DNA of 64,000 nucleotides from an uncultured Gemmatimonadales bacterium (GTDB lineage Bacteria; Gemmatimonadota; Gemmatimonadetes; Gemmatimonadales; GWC2-71-9): NCBI GenBank assembly GCA_963695555.1, contig CAVOGR010000007.1, positions 544,001 to 608,000 of the forward strand, read 5' to 3'. Shown piece by piece: positions 58,701 to 64,000 of this stretch (position 1 is its first letter; each line of letters starts with the position of its first letter). The notes under the pieces were generated by a model. It saw only the letters and a program-made list of their open reading frames with translations, ran no database searches and was not told where the DNA came from. The position numbers and the translations under genes were made by a program.

Positions 58701-61093
58701 CACCCCTCGGACACCTCCTCCGGCTCCAGCACCAACATGTCGTGACCGCACTTCATGCAGATGAGCCGATCGCCATGCGTCTTGCTCACCTTCCGTTCCA
58801 TGCCCACCCACTGACATTCGGGGCATTGCTCCGTGGTGGGCCGGTTCCAGGTGGAGAAGTCGCAGTCAGGATACCGCATGCACCCGTAGAACGACCGTCC
58901 TCGTTTGGTGCGCCGCTCCGTGAGATCGCCCTCGAGGCATTTCGGGCACTTGATCCCGAGTGGAATGGACCGGGTGCCTTTGCACTTCGGGTACGTCGTA
59001 CACGCGAGGAATTCTCCGAACCGGCCCGTCTTGATAACCATCGGTGACCCGCACAGATGGCATTTCTCGTCGGTTGGTCGATCGGGCACCTTGTCCTTCT
59101 TGAGGGGCTTGGTGAAGCGACAGTCGTCGGGATACTTGGTGCAGGCAATGAACGGCCCGAATCGCCCAGTCCGGAGCATGAGCGGCGAGCCACACGTGGG
59201 GCATGTCTCTTTGGCCAGGTCGCCCAACCCGTGTGTTTCCATGACCAGCTGGTTGATGTCGACCGCTTCCAGCGCCTTGATGAAGGGGCGATAGAAATTT
59301 TCCAACACCGTATGCCAGTCCAGGTCGCCCTCTTCGACCTTGTCCAGCTCCAATTCCATCTCGCTGGTGAATTCCACGTTGAAGATCGCCGGGAATCGCG
59401 ACACCATCACCTGCTCCACCGTCTCGCCCAGGTCGGTCGGGAAGAAACGCCGCTGCTGGATCTGGACATAATTCCGCGCAGCCAAGGTCGTGATGATGGA
59501 GCTGTAGGTGGAGGGACGGCCGATGCCCAGCCGCTCTAACTCCTTGACCAAACTGGCCTCGGAGAATCTCGGCGGTGGCTGGGTGAAGTGCTGGTTGGGC
59601 GTGAGCTCCTGCACCGCCACCCGATCGCCCTTCTGGATGGTCGGCAGCGGGGGAAGATCGTCCATGGTCTTCCCCTCTTCCGCTTCGCGCCCTTCCATGT
59701 AGACGGCGTGGTATCCGTCGAAATGGAGCACCGAACCGGTCGCGCGGAACAGGTACTTGCCGAGATCGAAGTCCACCACCGTCATGTCGTATTCCGCCGG
59801 CGGCATCTGTGAGGCGACAAACCGCTGCCAGATCAACTGATACAACTTGAACTGATCGGAGCTCAGATAGGCCTTGAGATGATCCGGCCGCCGCCGGACA
59901 TCAGTCGGGCGAATGGCTTCGTGTGCGTCTTGGACTTTGGCGTTCTTCTTGGCCGCGTAGGTGTTGGGTGCATCCGGCAGATACCGCTTGCCATACTGCG
60001 CCGTGATGAGCTCCCGCACCTGTGCTATCGCAACATCGGAAACCCGGGTGGAATCGGTTCGCATATAGGTGATCAGTCCGGTGGCGCCTTCTTCCCCGAT
60101 CTCGATACCCTCGTAGAGGTCCTGTGCGGCTCGCATGGAGCGGCGCGAGGAGAACCCGAGTTTCTTGGCGGCTTCCTGCTGGAGCGTACTGGTGGTGAAT
60201 GGAGCCGCCGGACGCTTGCGGCGCCGCTTCTTCTGCACGTCGGTCACCACGAACGGCAGCGGTCGGACGGCGTCCACCACCGCCGTTGCGTCGGCCTCAC
60301 TGTGCAATTGGGGCTTGTGACCGTCGATCTTGTGGAGCGATGCCTCGAACGTTGCGCCGTCCTTGGCGCAGAGCGCTTCGATAGACCAGTACTCCTGGGG
60401 CTCGAATGCCCGGATGGCGCGCTCGCGCTCGACGATCAGCCGAAGCGCCACCGTCTGCACGCGGCCGGCCGACAACCCGGTCTTGATCGCCTTCCAGAGC
60501 AGCGGGCTGGCCTTGTATCCCACCAAGCGGTCCAAGATGCGCCGAGCCTGCTGGGCATTCACCTTCTTGTCGTCGATGGTGCCGGGCTCTGCCATGGCCT
60601 GATGCACGGCGTCGCGGGTGATCTCGTGAAACAGGACCCGCTGGACCGGCGCCTCCGTGGACAGTTGATCGGCCACGTGCCAGGCGATCGCCTCGCCCTC
60701 ACGATCGGGGTCGGTGGCCAGATAGACGGCGCTCGCCTTCTTGGCCGCGCGCTTGATCTCGTTGAGGGTCTTGGCCTTTCCTTTTATAGTCACGTACTTC
60801 GGCTCGAACCCGGCCTCGACATCCACTCCCAGCTCGCGGGTCGGCAGGTCGCGGACGTGGCCCACCGTGGCCTTGACCGCGTAGCCGGAGCCCAGGTACT
60901 TGCCCACCGTACGGGCCTTGGTCGGTGACTCGACCACCACCAATGCATCACCCCCGCCCTTGGTCCGGGCGGCGGCTTTCCGGGTGGTCCGTTTCCGCTT
61001 GGCCTTGCCGGTTGCCGGCTGCCCGGATTTCGCGGTCGCCTTCCGCCCCCGCGGGCTCTTTCGCTTTCGGCTGGCCTTCTTCGCCTCGGTCAT
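58700..61093 (-). CDS. topA: DNA topoisomerase I
   Basis: VVESPTKA, ATDPDREGE, SAGRVQ, ITYMRTDS, C-terminal Zn ribbons. Confidence 0.98.
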   Translation of the reverse strand: MTEAKKASRKRKSPRGRKATAKSGQPATGKAKRKRTTRKAAARTKGGGDALVVVESPTKARTVGKYLGSGYAVKATVGHVRDLPTRELGVDVEAGFEPKYVTIKGKAKTLNEIKRAAKKASAVYLATDPDREGEAIAWHVADQLSTEAPVQRVLFHEITRDAVHQAMAEPGTIDDKKVNAQQARRILDRLVGYKASPLLWKAIKTGLSAGRVQTVALRLIVERERAIRAFEPQEYWSIEALCAKDGATFEASLHKIDGHKPQLHSEADATAVVDAVRPLPFVVTDVQKKRRRKRPAAPFTTSTLQQEAAKKLGFSSRRSMRAAQDLYEGIEIGEEGATGLITYMRTDSTRVSDVAIAQVRELITAQYGKRYLPDAPNTYAAKKNAKVQDAHEAIRPTDVRRRPDHLKAYLSSDQFKLYQLIWQRFVASQMPPAEYDMTVVDFDLGKYLFRATGSVLHFDGYHAVYMEGREAEEGKTMDDLPPLPTIQKGDRVAVQELTPNQHFTQPPPRFSEASLVKELERLGIGRPSTYSSIITTLAARNYVQIQQRRFFPTDLGETVEQVMVSRFPAIFNVEFTSEMELELDKVEEGDLDWHTVLENFYRPFIKALEAVDINQLVMETHGLGDLAKETCPTCGSPLMLRTGRFGPFIACTKYPDDCRFTKPLKKDKVPDRPTDEKCHLCGSPMVIKTGRFGEFLACTTYPKCKGTRSIPLGIKCPKCLEGDLTERRTKRGRSFYGCMRYPDCDFSTWNRPTTEQCPECQWVGMERKVSKTHGDRLICMKCGHDMLVLEPEEVSEG

Positions 61094-61210
61094 TCGCTCA
61101 CTTTCGACGCTGTTTCCGCCCCGGACTTCCGGTCCGCGACCCGCCACAAGAAAGGGGTCGCCGGAGGAAGCCGCAAGGAGGGCTTCGCTAACTATATGAT
61201 AAATAAGGGG

Positions 61211-61729
61211 TTACCAGCCGGCCCTCTGGCGCGCCACCCCCAGGACCTCCGTGACCACGTCCTCGACCGTGGTGCGGTCGGTCGTAATGATATGATCGGC
61301 CTGGGCGTAGAACGGTTCCCGTTGCTCCAAGAGAGATCGCATTCGCTCAACAGGGTCCCGCGCCACCATGAGCGGGCGGGTCTCGATTGCACCGAGGCGG
61401 TTGACCGCCGTGGTCACCATGGATTTGAGGTAGATGATCAAGCTTCGAGCACGCGCTTCCTCGAGCGCACCCGGCTGTGCCGCCCAGCCACCGCCCGGGC
61501 TGATCACGCTCGCCGGTTCGGCCAGCGCCTCATGCATGGCCTGGGCTTCCATTTGCCGGAACCGCGCCTCGCCGAGCTCGTTGATCAGCTTTGCGACCGA
61601 CATGCCGGAACGCCGCTCGATCCTTGCGTCGAGGTCGACGAAATCGGTGCCCAATTCCTCGGCCACCTTTCCTCCGACCGTGGACTTGCCTGCTCCCGGG
61701 AGCCCGACCAGTACGAGATGTCGTTTCAT
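61211..61729 (-). CDS. aroK: Shikimate kinase
   Basis: GLPGAGKST, GEARFRQME, PGGG, RPL. Confidence 0.93.
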   Translation of the reverse strand: MKRHLVLVGLPGAGKSTVGGKVAEELGTDFVDLDARIERRSGMSVAKLINELGEARFRQMEAQAMHEALAEPASVISPGGGWAAQPGALEEARARSLIIYLKSMVTTAVNRLGAIETRPLMVARDPVERMRSLLEQREPFYAQADHIITTDRTTVEDVVTEVLGVARQRAGW

Positions 61730-62955
61730 GTCGTTTCCACTTGCTTGGACGGCGATGGCTCCCACACGGCCTGTCGGGCCCCGAGCTGGGCTAGGTAGCC
61801 ATCCACGTTCCGGCGCATCTCGCCCAGCGAATCGCCGCCAAATTTCTCGCACATGGCGTCTCCGAGAACGAGTGCCACGAGAGCCTCGGCAATGACTCCC
61901 ATTGCCGGGACCGCGGTGACGTCCGAGCGCTCGACCTGGGCCTCGGCGGTGGCGCCGGTCTCGAGATCGACCGTCGGCAGGGCGCTCGTAAGGGTGGAGA
62001 TCGGCTTCATCGCAACCCTCACCACGAGCGGCTCACCGGTCGTCATGCCGCCTTCCAAACCTCCGGCGTGATTACCCTCCCGCCGAAGGTGTCCGGGCCC
62101 GCCTTCGCCGGGCCCTGTCGCACGGCGGACGATGGGATCGTGGACCTCGGAACCCGGCCGGAGTGCGGCCTCGAAACCTAGCCCGATCGCGACCCCCTTG
62201 ACCGCCGGGATCGACATGAGCGCCCCGGCGAGGCGGCCGTCTAGCTTCCGGTCCCAACTCACGTGGCTGCCCAGACCGACCGGCATTCCTCGAGCGACGA
62301 CTTCGACTTCCCCGCCCAAGGTGTCGCCCTGGGCCTTGGCTTGGTCGATCCGTTCGATCATGGCCGCCTCGGCGGCCGGATCGAGGGTGCGGACCGGGGA
62401 GCGATCAGCAGCCTCTCCGAGGGGCCGCGGCAGCGCCGCGGGCGGAGTGGCCTTGACCCCCCCGAGCGACACGACGTGGCTGCCGATGTCGATGCCGAAT
62501 TCGTCGAGCAGGCGGCGGGCGAGGGCACCGGCCGCGACCCGGGCGGCGGTCTCCCGAGCGCTGGCCCGCTCGAGGATGTCCCGAGCGTCGGGCCGGTCGT
62601 ACTTGAGCGCGCCCACCAAATCGGCGTGACCGGGCCGGGGCCGGCGGACGGCACGAGCCCGCGTTCCGGGAGTCGCCTCGGGCTCCATCACATCCTTCCA
62701 GTTGGCCCAATCCCTGTTGGCGATCAGCATTGCGACAGGGGAGCCCAGGGTCTCGCCTCCTCGGACACCGGCGAGCCACTCCACGGCATCCTGCTCGATC
62801 TTCATCCGCCCCCCCCGTCCGTAGCCTTGCATCCGCCGGGCCAAGTCGCGATTGACCCAGGAGGCAGATATGGGCAGCCCGGCAGGCAGGCCGTCGACAA
62901 TGGCGACAAGTCCTTTGCCATGGGATTCACCGGCGGTGCGGAACGTGAGCGTCAC
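61726..62955 (-). CDS. aroC: Chorismate synthase
   Basis: TAGESHG, RPGHAD, ERASARETAAR, GGLEGGMT, MKPISTL, ERSD. Confidence 0.98.
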   Translation of the reverse strand: MTLTFRTAGESHGKGLVAIVDGLPAGLPISASWVNRDLARRMQGYGRGGRMKIEQDAVEWLAGVRGGETLGSPVAMLIANRDWANWKDVMEPEATPGTRARAVRRPRPGHADLVGALKYDRPDARDILERASARETAARVAAGALARRLLDEFGIDIGSHVVSLGGVKATPPAALPRPLGEAADRSPVRTLDPAAEAAMIERIDQAKAQGDTLGGEVEVVARGMPVGLGSHVSWDRKLDGRLAGALMSIPAVKGVAIGLGFEAALRPGSEVHDPIVRRATGPGEGGPGHLRREGNHAGGLEGGMTTGEPLVVRVAMKPISTLTSALPTVDLETGATAEAQVERSDVTAVPAMGVIAEALVALVLGDAMCEKFGGDSLGEMRRNVDGYLAQLGARQAVWEPSPSKQVETT

Positions 62956-63001
62956 GATGTTGGGCTCCTGGCCTGCGTCCTGTCGAGGTACGGTCCCAGG
63001 A

Positions 63002-63038
63002 AAGATAAGAGCCCGACGGGCGGCCGGGCTCTTATCTT
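63002..63038 (-). terminator. Hairpin after the secretin gene
   Basis: AAGATAAGAGCCCG...CGGGCTCTTATCTT, a 14-bp stem. Confidence 0.7.
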
Positions 63039-63065
63039 CGGGCTTGGCTACTGCAAATCCGTTAC

Positions 63066-64000
63066 TCAAGGCGCCGGTCGGAGGCCGCCTTCATCGATGA
63101 TCCGGGGGGTCACCAGGATGATCAGATCCCGGCGGCGCTCCTGATCGGATGAGAAGGAGAACAGGTTCCCCACCAGCGGCAAGCCCGAAAGCAACGGGAT
63201 GCCCGACCGGGTTCGCGTGATCTCAGTAATGGTCAGTCCACCGATCACCGCCGTTTCGCCGTCATTCACCAGCAACTGACTCCGGGCGGACTGCTTCGGG
63301 AAGTTGAAGCCGAGGTCGGCGGCGGCCAAGGCCTGCACGGCCGAGCGCTCGGTCAGGAGTTCCATCAAGATCTGCCGGTTGTTGGTAACGTGCGGCGTCA
63401 CCGTCAGCCGAATACCGGTTTCCTTGAGCTGGACGCTGGCGCGCGGCGGGACGCCGGCGCCGGTGGCCGAGCTCACGTCGATGACGCGGATCGGGGTTTC
63501 CTCACCGACCAGGATGTCGGCTTCGCGGTTATCGAGCGTGCTGATGACCGGCTCGGCCTGGACGTCGGCCAGCTCGATCCGCTCGAGCGCGCTGAGGAAG
63601 GTGGTCAGGCTGAAGCCACCCACCGTCGTGCGCCACACCAGGTCGAGGGCCGAGCTGGGGATGGTGGCATCGGCATTGGAAATCGCCGCGACCGACGACC
63701 CGCCGATCACCACGGTATTCACATCGAACGGCTCACCCGTGGACGGATCGATCCGCTGCACCAGCTTGTTGAAGAAGACATCATTGTCGCCCAGGTCGTA
63801 CTGCACGCCGAGCTGCTGGAGATCGCTGCGATCGACGAAGATGATCTTCGCTTGAATGGCGATCTGTGGCGTGCGAATGTCGAGCTGACTGACGAAGTCG
63901 GCGATCCCGCCGAGCCGGCTTCGGGTGTCGGTAATGATCAGGGTATTGGAGCCCGTGTCGGGCACCACGCTGCCGCGGTCCTTGGTCAGGATGCCCTCGA
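63066..64000 (-). CDS. pilQ: Type IV pilus secretin PilQ, C-terminal part (5' end beyond window)
   Basis: SNTLIITD, TPQIAIQAKI, GIRLTVTPHV, DGETAVIGGL, GIPLLSGLPLVGNLF, LIILVTPRII; upstream of aroC/aroK. Confidence 0.88.
   Translation of the reverse strand, partial: EGILTKDRGSVVPDTGSNTLIITDTRSRLGGIADFVSQLDIRTPQIAIQAKIIFVDRSDLQQLGVQYDLGDNDVFFNKLVQRIDPSTGEPFDVNTVVIGGSSVAAISNADATIPSSALDLVWRTTVGGFSLTTFLSALERIELADVQAEPVISTLDNREADILVGEETPIRVIDVSSATGAGVPPRASVQLKETGIRLTVTPHVTNNRQILMELLTERSAVQALAAADLGFNFPKQSARSQLLVNDGETAVIGGLTITEITRTRSGIPLLSGLPLVGNLFSFSSDQERRRDLIILVTPRIIDEGGLRPAP

Overview
High-GC bacterial chromosomal window, probably Gemmatimonadota (an inference from gene content and order). About eight genes are broken by isolated 1-nt indels, which suggests long-read consensus errors. 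Housekeeping blocks are the start of the atp operon at the left edge, argF-gcvT-mog-sigma54 activator, and pilQ-aroC-aroK-topA-trmFO-xerC-hslV-hslU at the right edge. Accessory loci include a cytochrome c-PQQ dehydrogenase fusion, an HmcB/HmcC-like module with a membrane-anchored GcvH-like protein, a membrane protein-wHTH-uppS cassette with a repeated operator, many lipoproteins and peptidases, a sigma54 locus with a Cys/His/Asp-repeat lipoprotein, and a GMC oxidoreductase cassette. The best candidate for an undescribed system is 32.6-41.6 kb. It holds an Fe-S/[FeFe]-hydrogenase-like diguanylate cyclase lacking H-cluster cysteines, a conserved hypothetical protein, and a 27-aa ORF missing from the ORF track (MLNISWLAAAVNFIADLLSKAEGVVWN, strong RBS). 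That ORF sits directly upstream of a multi-TM sensor-HD-GYP phosphodiesterase, which converges on a BTAD-STAND ATPase-TPR regulator. The sensor parts and the peptide have visibly lower GC than the catalytic parts, consistent with a polymorphic peptide-receptor/c-di-GMP signalling module. No tRNA, rRNA, CRISPR array or transposase was recognised.
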